A stretch of 35,495 nucleotides of DNA from a virus (IMGVR_UViG_3300035670_000736:1-35495); one strand, 5' to 3'; positions 24,292 through 35,021 are shown, counted from the stretch's first letter. Translations and numbers: made by a program. Notes: generated by a model not told the origin, from the letters alone.

Positions 24292-24612
24292 ATGCCAAGC
24301 ACAACCAATCTGATCGGCCTCGGTATGCCACCGGAGCAAGCCGCAGAAGTATCAAATGGTACGTTTAACACTGTCACGAGCACCAACGCTGTTGTTGCAA
24401 CTGCTGGTGGAGTTCGCACCAAAATGGCAATTAACAATGTAAATGACACCACTCCTACAAATGCTGAGCTTACGACCTCGTTCGGAGCACCAGCAACTGT
24501 AGGCACTGGATTTGTAGGTATTGTTAAGGATAACGACACTGACACTAACTGCTTTGTAGTTGTGTCTAACGGCGTTACCTTCTACTACCTTAAATTCACT
24601 AAGGCGTTGTAA
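24292..24612 (+). CDS. Virion structural protein
   Basis: 106 aa, T/N-rich, GAGG SD. Confidence 0.6.
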   Translation: MPSTTNLIGLGMPPEQAAEVSNGTFNTVTSTNAVVATAGGVRTKMAINNVNDTTPTNAELTTSFGAPATVGTGFVGIVKDNDTDTNCFVVVSNGVTFYYLKFTKAL

Positions 24613-24616
24613 TACA

Positions 24617-24646
24617 AGGGGGGAGCAATCCCCCCTATTTTTATTT
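24617..24646 (+). terminator. Rho-independent terminator
   Basis: AGGGGGGA-GCAA-TCCCCCCT followed by a T-rich tail. Confidence 0.8.
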
Positions 24647-24654
24647 GAGGCACA

Positions 24655-24972
24655 ATGACAGCTTATACCGGCAACACGGCCACAACTACTCCGTCCATTG
24701 AGACCGCGACGAGCAAAACTATCCTTGCCGCAAACGGATTTCGCAAATTTCTCCTTATTCAGAATAACTCAGCGGCAGATATAGCTATCGGGTTTGAAGG
24801 CCAAACACTCACTGGAATCGCTCCAACTAGCACTAATAAGTGTTTTGTTCTTAAAAGCACCGCAGGGTTAAACGTGGTTCGATTTGATGGCAACTTTGTA
24901 CCTGGTGGGGCAATTACGGCCTATCAGACCAGTGGCAGTACAATTAACACAGTTACGGTAATTGAAGCCTAG
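24655..24972 (+). CDS. Small beta-sandwich virion protein
   Basis: TILAANGFRKFLLIQNNS resembles SILASNANRRMAIMVND in ORF 18457. Confidence 0.6.
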   Translation: MTAYTGNTATTTPSIETATSKTILAANGFRKFLLIQNNSAADIAIGFEGQTLTGIAPTSTNKCFVLKSTAGLNVVRFDGNFVPGGAITAYQTSGSTINTVTVIEA

Positions 24973-25019
24973 TGCTATAAAGTAATTACGCAATAAAGCG
25001 TAATTATTACGGAGAGTGC

Positions 25020-25697
25020 ATGGCACATATTGATTGGCAGTCCATTATGAATGGGCAATCCCAACAAAAGAAGCGGTATTCAGGCGCTAATGTGAAGTTT
25101 TTTAACGCCTACAACGAGAACCGAGAAAAGACATTGAAAGAAGGCCGTCCAATCTTTGACGAGATTCCTTCTATTTCTATTCAGTGGCCTGGTGGCGACG
25201 AGACAGTACGACGGATCGAGCCACAAGACGTTCAGGATTACCCAGAGCTTTATAAAGCTTTTACGGCTGGTAACGAGCCTGTTGAGAGCGGTACGCCATT
25301 AAAAGAGTGGGCATTGTTATCTGGTTCTGCTGTACGTGAGCTTAACTATCTTGGCTTTAAGACAGTTGAGCAATTTGCAGAGGCAAATGATTCTCTACGT
25401 CCAAAGCTTGGGCCATTGTTTAAGTTTGTAAAGATGGCGCAAGATTGGATTACTGCTGCAAACACTCCGCAGTCTGAGGTCGTGCAGTTGAAGCAGCTTC
25501 TGGAGCGTGAACAAAAGCGCACTCAGAAGTTGAAGGAACAACTTGAGTTGCTCATGCAAAGAGTAGAGGCCAACGAAGGTACTTCTTTGCGTAGCCCACG
25601 AAAGGAGGTGATCCAAGAGTCTGAGGGTTTTGAGGACCAATCGGATGATGTGGAAGAGGAATCACCTAAACGACGAGGACGCCCAAGGAAAGTATGA
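25020..25697 (+). CDS. Conserved-looking phage protein with C-terminal coiled coil
   Basis: GRPIFDE, GTPLKEW, FKTVEQFA; KRRGRPRK tail; GGAG SD. Confidence 0.7.
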   Translation: MAHIDWQSIMNGQSQQKKRYSGANVKFFNAYNENREKTLKEGRPIFDEIPSISIQWPGGDETVRRIEPQDVQDYPELYKAFTAGNEPVESGTPLKEWALLSGSAVRELNYLGFKTVEQFAEANDSLRPKLGPLFKFVKMAQDWITAANTPQSEVVQLKQLLEREQKRTQKLKEQLELLMQRVEANEGTSLRSPRKEVIQESEGFEDQSDDVEEESPKRRGRPRKV

Positions 25698-26557
25698 CGC
25701 TTGCAACAGTTGTTCAAAATGTAGCTAACGAGGCCGCTTATACTGTTGAGAGCAATGTTATCAACAGTAGTGAGACTACAACCAAGCAACTGTTGGCAAT
25801 AACTCAGCGTATTAACCGTGATATCTTTGAATCATATCCGTGGCCTAAATGTTATGCGTCTGGGAGTATTACGTTAGTCGGAGGGCAGGCAACGTATGCT
25901 TTGCCCTCCGCTTTTTCTTGGTATCAATACGAGACATTTTGGAACAGCTCCACACGTTGGCGAATTCTAGGACCAATGTCAGAGCAGGAGTACGGTGAGA
26001 TTCGAGGCTTTGGACTCAATACGACCGTTTATCAACGCTTTCAAATTCGTGGCATTTCCAGCAATCAACTACTGATCAGCCCGACTCCTGGCGCTTACAA
26101 CAACGGTGATATCATTGTTTTTGAGTATATCGCTGACAGAAGCGTCAGACCTGTAAATTGGACCACTGGCACTATCTTTGCTGCCAACGCTTACTGCTTT
26201 TACAACGGCAACTACTATCAGACGACTGCCGGTGGCACTACAGGAGCTACAGCACCAACGCATACGAGCGGAAGTGTGTCTGATGGTGGTGTGACTTGGA
26301 CCTATTATGACGGTGCTTATACGTCATTCTTGGCCGATACAGACGTTAGTTTGTTTAACGAGAAACTGCTTGAGCAAGGTGTTCTTGAACGATTTGCTGA
26401 GATTCATGGATTAACAGGTGTACAACCTCGATTCATGACGCAGTTGCACGAAGAGTATAGCAGGGATAATCCTGGTAAAATTATTTACGCTGGTGGTCAT
26501 ACTCGTGCAGAGTTGTTTGCACGTAGCGGCACCGCTGTATTTGGGACGTGGATATAA
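25694..26557 (+). CDS. Head-tail adaptor/tail tubular protein A-like, with inserted module
   Basis: MTLATVV start, YPWP, TYALPSAF; position in module. Confidence 0.6.
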   Translation: MTLATVVQNVANEAAYTVESNVINSSETTTKQLLAITQRINRDIFESYPWPKCYASGSITLVGGQATYALPSAFSWYQYETFWNSSTRWRILGPMSEQEYGEIRGFGLNTTVYQRFQIRGISSNQLLISPTPGAYNNGDIIVFEYIADRSVRPVNWTTGTIFAANAYCFYNGNYYQTTAGGTTGATAPTHTSGSVSDGGVTWTYYDGAYTSFLADTDVSLFNEKLLEQGVLERFAEIHGLTGVQPRFMTQLHEEYSRDNPGKIIYAGGHTRAELFARSGTAVFGTWI

Positions 26558-27711
26558 TGGCTAACGCAGGACCAACTACATTTCAAAGCGATCCAGAGCT
26601 TACCTATAAGGATCCTAACGCATACATTGCTTGGTTGCGATCACAACGCATTCCGCCGCAACAAATTTATCAGATGGTAACTGATCGGTTTGGCGCACCA
26701 AAAACTCCTGAAGAGCAACAAAAAGAGCAAGCATCTGCACAACAACGGGCAGGGCTCGCACAAACGGGTGGAACGCTCGCTGGATTGCTTGGCACTGGAT
26801 ACTTAGCAAGTCAGCTTGGTGGTGGATCAAGTGTGGCTACACCTGCTGTTCTAGGAGCAACAAAGGTTGGAGCTGGCACTGTTGCCACGCCAACATTGGT
26901 AGGTGCGACGACAACTGGTGGCACTACCGCTGGTGCTTCCACTTTAGGATCTGTTGGTAGTGTTGCTTTGCCTGTGGCGGTTGGCGCAGCTGTTCTTTCT
27001 AATGCTTGGGAAACTGGCATGAAAGATATTTTGCGAGGGCGAGGCACTCGTGAAGATTACATAAATCAAGCTGCTAACATGACTGGTGTTGGTGGTGTCG
27101 CAAATCTTGGTCTTAGACTTCTCGGCAAGCGCAGTATTGGCAAGATGATGACGACCGGCAAGTCAGACGATCAGCTGATGCGTGACGATTTTAGAGGCTT
27201 GCTGAAACAAACAGGCGTGGCCAACAAGAATTACGAAGTCTCTTTAGCTGATGGCACAAAGTTTAACATTGGTCTCGATGGAAAAACTCGATACCAAAAC
27301 GTAGGCGAAAACATCGACGGTAAAACACAACGGCAAGCGTGGGATGTAGACTTCAGCAATCCACTCGCTAAGTTTGCGACAGACCAGATCGATCCAATGA
27401 TCCGCAGCATTTATGCAGAGAGTGACGGCAAAGTGAAGCCTGAGCAGTACACAGGCATTCTTGTAAATGCCGTCACTTCAAATGCTAAATCTCAACAGGA
27501 TGTGCTCAACAACATTCAGTCCGTCATCGGTAAATCAGACTTTGCGAAACAAGCAGGTGTTGCAGTACCTACGCCTTCACAGCCTATAACAAAAGCACCT
27601 AAAGGTCAGGTAGTTAGAGTTTCGCCAGGTATGTATGTCAATGATCAGGGTAAAGTCGGTCCTGCAAAGACTATGCGACAAGCATTAAAAGCAAACTTGA
27701 AAGGTAAGTAA
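26548..27711 (+). CDS. Putative internal virion/ejection protein
   Basis: G/A/T-rich hydrophobic central region; likely start at ATG 26557. Confidence 0.5.
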   Translation: MDIMANAGPTTFQSDPELTYKDPNAYIAWLRSQRIPPQQIYQMVTDRFGAPKTPEEQQKEQASAQQRAGLAQTGGTLAGLLGTGYLASQLGGGSSVATPAVLGATKVGAGTVATPTLVGATTTGGTTAGASTLGSVGSVALPVAVGAAVLSNAWETGMKDILRGRGTREDYINQAANMTGVGGVANLGLRLLGKRSIGKMMTTGKSDDQLMRDDFRGLLKQTGVANKNYEVSLADGTKFNIGLDGKTRYQNVGENIDGKTQRQAWDVDFSNPLAKFATDQIDPMIRSIYAESDGKVKPEQYTGILVNAVTSNAKSQQDVLNNIQSVIGKSDFAKQAGVAVPTPSQPITKAPKGQVVRVSPGMYVNDQGKVGPAKTMRQALKANLKGK

Positions 27712-27712
27712 G

Positions 27713-28240
27713 ATGAAACGAGGCGCACTCAATAGAGATCCAAAAGTACGTGCTTTACCTGTAAGAGATATAGGCAAAGTACAAGCCGGTGGCCCAGGTT
27801 CATTTGATGCCACAAAAGGACGTTATAGCGCACCTCCACAGGGCTCTGAGCGTCTTTCGCCTGGTGTGTATCGTGCTCCAGGTGGACAACTAATGACTGG
27901 CCAAGGACGTCCACTTCCTCGTCCACAGCCAATGGCAATGCCTATACAACCACAAGTTCAACAACCTACACAGCAAGGATTTGGACCTAAGTTTCCATAC
28001 GAACAACAACAGTTGGATATGATGAAACCATGGCTTAATGCACAACCACCGCAAATGCCACAAATGCAACAGCGTCCTTCTTTTGGACAAGTTGCCAACG
28101 CAAGCGGAGAGCAGATCAACCAGTGGCTACAGCTTGCTCAACAGGCACGACAGCCACAGCAATTCATGCAATTAACTCCTGAAATGCAGCAGCTTCCACC
28201 TGAACTACTTGCACAATTTAAGGGACGGTTTAACTACTAA
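27713..28240 (+). CDS. Q/P-rich hypothetical protein
   Basis: Low complexity; RLSPGVY echoes RVSPGMY in the preceding ORF. Confidence 0.55.
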   Translation: MKRGALNRDPKVRALPVRDIGKVQAGGPGSFDATKGRYSAPPQGSERLSPGVYRAPGGQLMTGQGRPLPRPQPMAMPIQPQVQQPTQQGFGPKFPYEQQQLDMMKPWLNAQPPQMPQMQQRPSFGQVANASGEQINQWLQLAQQARQPQQFMQLTPEMQQLPPELLAQFKGRFNY

Positions 28241-29799
28241 TGGCATTTGAAGGATTTACAATGTCCCCGCCTTACGGGGGCTTGGACCTAGTAAGTCCAA
28301 TAGACAACATGGATCCAGCCTATGCGCTGGAGTTAGTAAACGTGTTCCCTGGCGCTGGTTCGCCGACGGTACGATTGGGATATACTCAGTTCGCTGACAC
28401 TTCCACAACCAGTGCGTTGCCATTTTCTACAACGCTCAATCTTGCTGATGGCACTAGCCAGCTCATCGTTGGCACTGCAAACGCACTCTACTCAATAAAC
28501 TCTGCTGGCACTGTTACAAACATTACTGGCGCTGCAACTATTACAAGTGGAGACTGGCAAAGCGTCACCTACAATAACCGTTTATACCTCTGTAATGGCG
28601 TTAATACGCCTCTCGTTTACAGCGGCACTGGTACAGTAGCTGCTACGACATTTACCGGCCCTGCTTCAATGTCGAGCCTTATAAACGTACACGCACACAA
28701 AGAGCGTCTGTACTTTGCAGAGGCTAATACAGCTAAGGTCTGGTATGGCGGTTTGCAGATCACGGGTACAGGCGGCACACCTGCACTTACAAGCTTTGAT
28801 TTAAGCTACGTGTTTACCCGTGGCGGTTACATCGTTGGCATTGGTAGTTACAGCAATACTACCAGCATGTCCGTACAAGATTACTTTTGGGCAATAAGCT
28901 CAGAGGGTGAGATTGTATTTTACAGCGGCACGTATGCTGGAGATCCTACAACGTGGGGTCTTGTTGCTCGTTATGTCATTGGTAAGCCACTAGGCTACAG
29001 AGCCTTTGTGCGAGTCAACAATGACGTTTGGATCCTTACTGCACAGGGAATTGTCCCAATTTCTGGCCTATTTGAGACCGACCCAGAGCAAGCGGTTAAT
29101 ATCGTGTCCATGCGGGTAAATCCGCTTATTTCTTTTTACGCAGAGCAAACCACTTTTGATCATCAATGGACAGGGTTTTTCTGGCCACAAGGCAGACGGG
29201 TATACATAAGCATTCCAACTGCTGGAAGTGGTTGTCAGTTTCTTGTTTATGCCATTGATACAAAAGGTTGGACAACATTTCGACTCACTAACGATCAGCA
29301 TTCATTAAGTAGCTGTGTTTTTCAAAATTTGCCGTATTACTGTTCATCTACTGGAATTATATGGAAAGGAGAGACAGGTCTAGCAGATGCGGTAACGAGC
29401 ACTGATAGTCAATCAATTTTGTTTAGTGGACGTACTGCGTTCTCCTTTTACAATTCACGAGGGAACTACAAAGCATTCAAAGATATTCGACCTTTGATGC
29501 GTACTAAACGGGGCGTCACGCTTCAATTAGGATTAGATACAGATTTCAAACGCTCACAAACGGTTGCCAGCGTAACAAGTCCAGTAGGTGCCTTTACTCC
29601 GTGGGGTAGCACTGGTGGCTCTCCTACTTACACGCCTTGGGGTAGTGCTTGGTCAGGCGACATAGACTACGTGTTTGACCGATATGCAGTTAAGGGCCAA
29701 GGTCATTGTGCAGCGGTGCGCTTTGGTGGAACGCTTAAAAACTCAACTTTGCAAATATACGGCTTTGAAATACGATTCGATATGGGTGGGCAGGTATAG
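28240..29799 (+). CDS. Tail hub/nozzle (P22 gp10-like DNA stabilisation protein)
   Basis: PPYGGLD...ALELVNVFP start; beta-propeller-like 519 aa. Confidence 0.7.
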   Translation: MAFEGFTMSPPYGGLDLVSPIDNMDPAYALELVNVFPGAGSPTVRLGYTQFADTSTTSALPFSTTLNLADGTSQLIVGTANALYSINSAGTVTNITGAATITSGDWQSVTYNNRLYLCNGVNTPLVYSGTGTVAATTFTGPASMSSLINVHAHKERLYFAEANTAKVWYGGLQITGTGGTPALTSFDLSYVFTRGGYIVGIGSYSNTTSMSVQDYFWAISSEGEIVFYSGTYAGDPTTWGLVARYVIGKPLGYRAFVRVNNDVWILTAQGIVPISGLFETDPEQAVNIVSMRVNPLISFYAEQTTFDHQWTGFFWPQGRRVYISIPTAGSGCQFLVYAIDTKGWTTFRLTNDQHSLSSCVFQNLPYYCSSTGIIWKGETGLADAVTSTDSQSILFSGRTAFSFYNSRGNYKAFKDIRPLMRTKRGVTLQLGLDTDFKRSQTVASVTSPVGAFTPWGSTGGSPTYTPWGSAWSGDIDYVFDRYAVKGQGHCAAVRFGGTLKNSTLQIYGFEIRFDMGGQV

Positions 29800-29801
29800 T
29801 T

Positions 29802-30704
29802 ATGGCAGCTAGAAAAACAGCATTAGCAAAAGATCCAGGTAAGAAAGAAGTAAAAGAGTTTGACCCAGTTCGTGCCAGTGGACGTGTAAAATATCTTGAG
29901 CGTGTAAGACCCAACGATCCAGAAATTAAAAGATTAAAAGCACAGATTAAAAGGTCTGGCTATCAAGCTCAGTCGCAAGAAGCTCCACAACCTCCTACGC
30001 AAGAAGAAAGGGTAACTGGCGCATCTGGTGATGTATTTGAAAAGATGGCTGGCTATGCACAGCAGTTTGACCCACGCACATTCCAAGCTCAGTATGAGCC
30101 AATCTATGGCGCTGAGATGGAGCGAGCACGTCAAAACATTATGGGGCAATTTGAGCGACGTAATGCAGAAGAGTTTGCACGTCAGACTCAAGGTTTAGAG
30201 CAATCAATTCTTGAGCGTGGATTAGATCCAGCAGGAGAGGCAGCACAGTCTCTTCGTAAGCAGCTTACGCAGCGTCAAGACCTTGCACGACAAGAGGCAA
30301 TGAGCGCAGCAGAAAGTGCTTCTGATGCAAGACAGCAAGCAATGTATGGGCAAGCCACAGGCCAGGCTCTTCTTCCAGGACAACTTGCTGGTCAATACCT
30401 AGATCCTTACACGCTTGCGGCGCAGCAAAGATTTGCTGGACAGCAACAGCAGACTCAGTTTGAGCAGCAAAAAGCACTTGCAGCACAACAACAGAAGTAT
30501 GCTCTTGAGCAGATTGCTAAAACCCCTCGTGGCGGTGGCGGGGGTGGAGGACAGCAATCAGATCCATACTGGAATTATGCTTTAGGCACTTTAGGACAAG
30601 GGTATAATCAGCCAGCACAACCAAATCCGTGGGCAACAGCGGCACAAGGTTTCTTGCAAGGTTCTGGATACGCCTTTGGTCAACAGTTAGGTAAAACAAG
30701 CTAG
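29802..30704 (+). CDS. Putative ejection protein
   Basis: Q/A-rich helical protein with Gly-rich C-terminus; position. Confidence 0.55.
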   Translation: MAARKTALAKDPGKKEVKEFDPVRASGRVKYLERVRPNDPEIKRLKAQIKRSGYQAQSQEAPQPPTQEERVTGASGDVFEKMAGYAQQFDPRTFQAQYEPIYGAEMERARQNIMGQFERRNAEEFARQTQGLEQSILERGLDPAGEAAQSLRKQLTQRQDLARQEAMSAAESASDARQQAMYGQATGQALLPGQLAGQYLDPYTLAAQQRFAGQQQQTQFEQQKALAAQQQKYALEQIAKTPRGGGGGGGQQSDPYWNYALGTLGQGYNQPAQPNPWATAAQGFLQGSGYAFGQQLGKTS

Positions 30705-30711
30705 GATTTCT

Positions 30712-31983
30712 ATGGCAGGTGAGGATTTATATTCGGCGCTTTCTGGACTTGGTTACAGTCCACTGGAAAATCCGTGGGGGCAGTCTGCTGCGGTTATATC
30801 CTCTAGTGCGCCAAACCTTATCAATCCTTACGGGTCAACAGGTCAGGCGCTTGGTATTGCGCTTGGTAGTACGCTTATTTCGTCGTTACTTGGTTATCAG
30901 GCTCGTAGACAAGCTGCTGAACAAAGCTTGCAATCAGCTCGATTAGGTACGGCATTGCTTGGTGCAGCTACGCCAGAAGCACGATTAGGTATCATTGAAG
31001 GTGCCGAAGATCCATTAATGCAGCAAAAACTACTTAATCTTAACTCTCAGTTATTGGGACAAGAAACGCTTGCGAAAGCATTAGCGAGACAACAAGCAGC
31101 ACAGGCAGAAGCAGAGTTGCCAAGCAAAGCTTTGCTTGCGGGATTGGCAGGTGGATTGGTAAGTCCTGCTGAGTTTCAACGACAGTACCTACAAAAAGGT
31201 GCAGGCCAAGCAAAACCTGGTGCTGCGCCAACTGCTGCGGAAAAGTTAGCGGAAGTAACCACGCAGTTACCAACGACAGCAAAACTTCCAGAGCCATCAG
31301 TTGATACCTTGACTGCTGCAACACCTCCGCAGGTAGAGCAACTTACGGAATCTGATGCTACTTTATTGTCACCAAAAGAATACGAGCAGAAACAGAATCG
31401 TATTATTCGGCAACAACGTGACCTTGAGCTTTGGACGCAAAACAGACGATTTGAGGCTGAGCAGTTAAAAGACAAGAAACGCATTACTCGTGAAGCTGGC
31501 AAGGAGCTTGCAGATACAGCGATTGCAAAGGAGTATGAGCGAATTGATGGCATTTTAAAGACTGCTGAAAACATTGCGAAGAAAGAAAAACCTCCCATTG
31601 GAGACATTCAAAAACTTATTGCAATGGCTCAAAAGACCATTGATCCAAGCCAGGTAACGCTCGGTGAACAAGAGTTATACAGTCAGGTAGACCCGTTGTT
31701 TACCCGATGGGAAACAAAGATTAAATCAAACCTATTTGGCGATCCTCAGATCAGCAAAAAAGCCATAAACGATACTGTTGATTTTATTCGCAACATTCAC
31801 AGTGTTGCCGGTAAAAAATACAACGCAACGGCTGGAAGTATTGCAAATCAGTATGAGGTGCCAACGCCTGATACAATCATGCGAGCCCCTAAATACGCAG
31901 ATCCAGATGCTCAGAAGCTAGAGACACTACGACAATTACAAGATGAGCTTGCACAGCTGAAAGCCGCACGAGGTGTGAAGTAA
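30712..31983 (+). CDS. Putative ejection protein
   Basis: Hydrophobic G/A segment plus helical body; position. Confidence 0.55.
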   Translation: MAGEDLYSALSGLGYSPLENPWGQSAAVISSSAPNLINPYGSTGQALGIALGSTLISSLLGYQARRQAAEQSLQSARLGTALLGAATPEARLGIIEGAEDPLMQQKLLNLNSQLLGQETLAKALARQQAAQAEAELPSKALLAGLAGGLVSPAEFQRQYLQKGAGQAKPGAAPTAAEKLAEVTTQLPTTAKLPEPSVDTLTAATPPQVEQLTESDATLLSPKEYEQKQNRIIRQQRDLELWTQNRRFEAEQLKDKKRITREAGKELADTAIAKEYERIDGILKTAENIAKKEKPPIGDIQKLIAMAQKTIDPSQVTLGEQELYSQVDPLFTRWETKIKSNLFGDPQISKKAINDTVDFIRNIHSVAGKKYNATAGSIANQYEVPTPDTIMRAPKYADPDAQKLETLRQLQDELAQLKAARGVK

Positions 31984-34097
31984 TGGCTGACATTGACGCT
32001 GAAATAGCATCGGTACGAGCTGAGATTGAGCGTTTAAGGTCATTGCCAGAGCCCGTAATGACTCCTGCACCTGTTGCACCAGCTCCAGGGCAGTTAATGA
32101 GTCTTGCAGAGCAGCCGACTAGACCACCTACAGTCTTAGAGCTTGGGGTTGCTGAGTTAAGAACTAGATCGCCATTAGAGCAAGCTATAGCTGATGCGTA
32201 TGGTCGAAAGCTGCTTACGCAAGAGGCGTACAGCCTTGGCACATTTCCAAAGATTGAAGCTGCTGCGGAAGCTGGAAAGGCTTTGTTGTTTGGTCGTTCT
32301 CCTGTTGAGCAGTTTGCACAAGAAACACAGCGGCAGGACATACTGAAAGAGTATGTTAAGCAAAAGGATCTAGAAGCCAATCAACTGTTGCTTGGCATGA
32401 CAGGACCGGAGCTTGGCGGCGCATTGCTGTCGCCTGTAGGACGTTTGTATACGCCGGGTAAAGTCGCTGCTGGTGCTGGCCTTACTTCTGCCTTAGCTAC
32501 TCGTGCTGCAAATATCGCTAAGGCTGGCGGTACTGCTGCCGGTGCTGCTGGATTACAAACGCTTCTTTCGCAACCTGGAACAGTAGAAGAACGGCTAGCA
32601 AAGGCCGGTGAAGTTGTTGGCCCTGCTGCTGCCATTGGAGGTGGCTTGGGCGCAACCGGCGAGCTAGTAAGTGCGCTTGGTCCAAAGCTTAGTGATTTTG
32701 GTAAAGCTGCTCGTCGTAGTGCTATTGGGGCTACACCAGCTGATTACAAAAAAACGGTTGGCAAACGACAAATTGATATTGATCCAACGTCTGGCGCTCA
32801 AAGCTTAACGCAAAAAGGTTTGGATAACGTTCTTGAGAAAGGATATTTGGGCGATACGATTGACCCAACAGAAGCGTATGTAAACGCACAAAACTCTGTC
32901 GTGAAGTTAGAGACTGAGCTTGATAATAAAATTGCTCAAGTTGAAAAAGAAGGCATCAAGGTCAAAACGCCACAGTTTGTCGATATAGTTAGAAAGATAC
33001 AAAAGGGTACTGGCTACACAGTAGACGAACAAGACACATATCTTAAAAAGATTGCTGAGATTAAATCGCTTATTCAAGAGCGTGGCAAAGGTGCATTGAG
33101 TTACCTGCAAGAGCAGAAGAAAGCTTTTGGTAAGAAGTACAATCCTAAAGGCGAATCAACCGAGGCTATGTTTAACCGTGATATTTATCATGCGTTGCAA
33201 GCTGAGATTGAGAAGTACGTTCCAGAAGCAAAGACTATTAACAAGGAAGTTCAGAGCATTCTTCTCACACGTCCAATCCTTGAAAACAATATTGCCCGTG
33301 AAAGTGATACAGCCGGAAAACTGTTTAATCGCTTAGGCAAAATTGCCTACACAACCGGTGGCGCTTTTGGTGCTGGTGCAATTCCGTTGCTTGGTCCTGT
33401 TGGTGGTGCAGTTGCTAGTGCTCTTGGAACGGCTTTGGGAAGCAAAGGCAGTCGTGATGTGATTGGTCGAGCTTTGCAACAACCGGAAGCTATTGCCTCT
33501 GCTCTTGGTCGTCTTGGTGTTCAGGCTGGCGCTGCACAACGGCCAGAAATTCAAGCTATGTTCCCAGAAACTACAGAGGTAAGCGCAGGAACAAGTGATG
33601 TAGACCAGCAGATTGAAGCTCTTAGAGCTGAGATTGAAGCATTAAAAGCTGTTCCGTCTGCACCTGCTGCACCAACAGAGAAAGCAAAAGCACAACCAAT
33701 CAGTGCCTTAATTGATCAACAACCACCGCTAGTAAAAGCAATCATCCAAGTTGAGTCAGCTGGTAAGCCACAAGCAAAAAGCGGCAAAGGTGCAACTGGT
33801 TTGATGCAGCTTATGCCAGCAACAGCAAAAGAGCTTGGCGTAGATCCGACTGACCCTGAGCAAAATGTTAAAGGTGGGTCTCAATACATTGAGCAGCTAC
33901 AGAAGCAGTTTGGCAAAAAGGATCTGGCACTTGCAGCGTACAACTGGGGGCCAGGTAATTTACAGAAAGCTATTAAGCAGACAAAGAAAGCTGGATTGCG
34001 TCCTACGTGGGCTAACATTCAGCAGGTTGCTTATGTGCCAAAAGAGACACAACAATACGTGAATAAAGTTTTACGATTAGAAAAGACATTCGCATAA
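31983..34097 (+). CDS. Ejection protein with C-terminal lytic transglycosylase (SLT) domain
   Basis: AIIQVES, GATGLMQLMPATA, ALAAYNWG, ETQQYV. Confidence 0.88.
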   Translation: MADIDAEIASVRAEIERLRSLPEPVMTPAPVAPAPGQLMSLAEQPTRPPTVLELGVAELRTRSPLEQAIADAYGRKLLTQEAYSLGTFPKIEAAAEAGKALLFGRSPVEQFAQETQRQDILKEYVKQKDLEANQLLLGMTGPELGGALLSPVGRLYTPGKVAAGAGLTSALATRAANIAKAGGTAAGAAGLQTLLSQPGTVEERLAKAGEVVGPAAAIGGGLGATGELVSALGPKLSDFGKAARRSAIGATPADYKKTVGKRQIDIDPTSGAQSLTQKGLDNVLEKGYLGDTIDPTEAYVNAQNSVVKLETELDNKIAQVEKEGIKVKTPQFVDIVRKIQKGTGYTVDEQDTYLKKIAEIKSLIQERGKGALSYLQEQKKAFGKKYNPKGESTEAMFNRDIYHALQAEIEKYVPEAKTINKEVQSILLTRPILENNIARESDTAGKLFNRLGKIAYTTGGAFGAGAIPLLGPVGGAVASALGTALGSKGSRDVIGRALQQPEAIASALGRLGVQAGAAQRPEIQAMFPETTEVSAGTSDVDQQIEALRAEIEALKAVPSAPAAPTEKAKAQPISALIDQQPPLVKAIIQVESAGKPQAKSGKGATGLMQLMPATAKELGVDPTDPEQNVKGGSQYIEQLQKQFGKKDLALAAYNWGPGNLQKAIKQTKKAGLRPTWANIQQVAYVPKETQQYVNKVLRLEKTFA

Positions 34098-34106
34098 GGA
34101 ACTACT

Positions 34107-35021
34107 ATGAGCTGGTCAGGCGGTACATATACGAAAGGAAACAACGCCACTGGTGGTTGGACAGGTGACGCATCACTAGGCATTGGCATTGAGGCAGGAC
34201 GCCACGACACGCAAGACAATGACTTTGCTACTGGCATTAACACCTGTCTTACTAAGGATGGTCAAAATGCCGCTACTGCTGACCTACCAATGGGTGGCTT
34301 TAAGCACACTAACGTAGCTGTAGCTACGGCACGTAACAACTATGGTGCAGTAAGTCAGATCCAAGATGGTGACTTTATCTGGCTTGGTACTACTGGTGGT
34401 ACTGCAACAGCGCAAACCGCTACAGCAACGCCAGCTATTACGGCGTATAAGGCCGGTCAAAAATTCCGCATGAAGATCGGCAGCGGATTGGGATCTACGG
34501 GTTCTGCTGTTACAGCGCATACACTTAATGTTAACGGTATCGGCGCAAAAAACATTGTAAATAACGGAGATAGTACAAATCCGACGCTTGGTACGTGGAT
34601 AGCTGGCGCAATTATGGAGGTTGTTTACGATGGTACTAATTTTATTATTGTCAACGATCCTGGTGGATGGATTACCGTTACCCCGACAGTGACGCCTCAA
34701 GCCGGAACAGTTACAGTAGGAACCACTTATTATTACATGCGAAAGCAAGGCCGAACAGTGTCATTGCGCTATTACTTAAATTGGACACAAGGTGTTGCGA
34801 ATGCAACTTATATTTTATTTAGTCATCCCGTGGAATGGGGAGATACGGGAGGCACCTTTGCGGCTCAAGCGTGTTCATCGGGCGGCACTCCAAGTGCCGC
34901 AAGTTGTTATCAAACAACAACAGGAGGACAAAGTATAATTGTTCGCACTTATAATTTTAACAATTTTACAATCGGCGCAGGGAATATCGCTATTGTTGTG
35001 GGAGATTATTATAGCGTATGA
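34107..35021 (+). CDS. Tail fibre protein
   Basis: N-terminal anchor (DFATGINTCLTKDGQ...LPMGGFKHT), TLNVNGIGAK module; followed by a chaperone. Confidence 0.75.
   Translation: MSWSGGTYTKGNNATGGWTGDASLGIGIEAGRHDTQDNDFATGINTCLTKDGQNAATADLPMGGFKHTNVAVATARNNYGAVSQIQDGDFIWLGTTGGTATAQTATATPAITAYKAGQKFRMKIGSGLGSTGSAVTAHTLNVNGIGAKNIVNNGDSTNPTLGTWIAGAIMEVVYDGTNFIIVNDPGGWITVTPTVTPQAGTVTVGTTYYYMRKQGRTVSLRYYLNWTQGVANATYILFSHPVEWGDTGGTFAAQACSSGGTPSAASCYQTTTGGQSIIVRTYNFNNFTIGAGNIAIVVGDYYSV

Noticed and set aside
31176-32635. Long antisense ORFs over ejection genes (and similar shadows elsewhere)
   Set aside because: No motifs, and composition mirrors the sense codon bias, unlike the HNH ORF
20445-34670. 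Duplicated fibre module as a DGR template/variable repeat pair or invertible cassette
   Set aside because: No reverse transcriptase or invertase; the copies are direct, and differences are not adenine-specific
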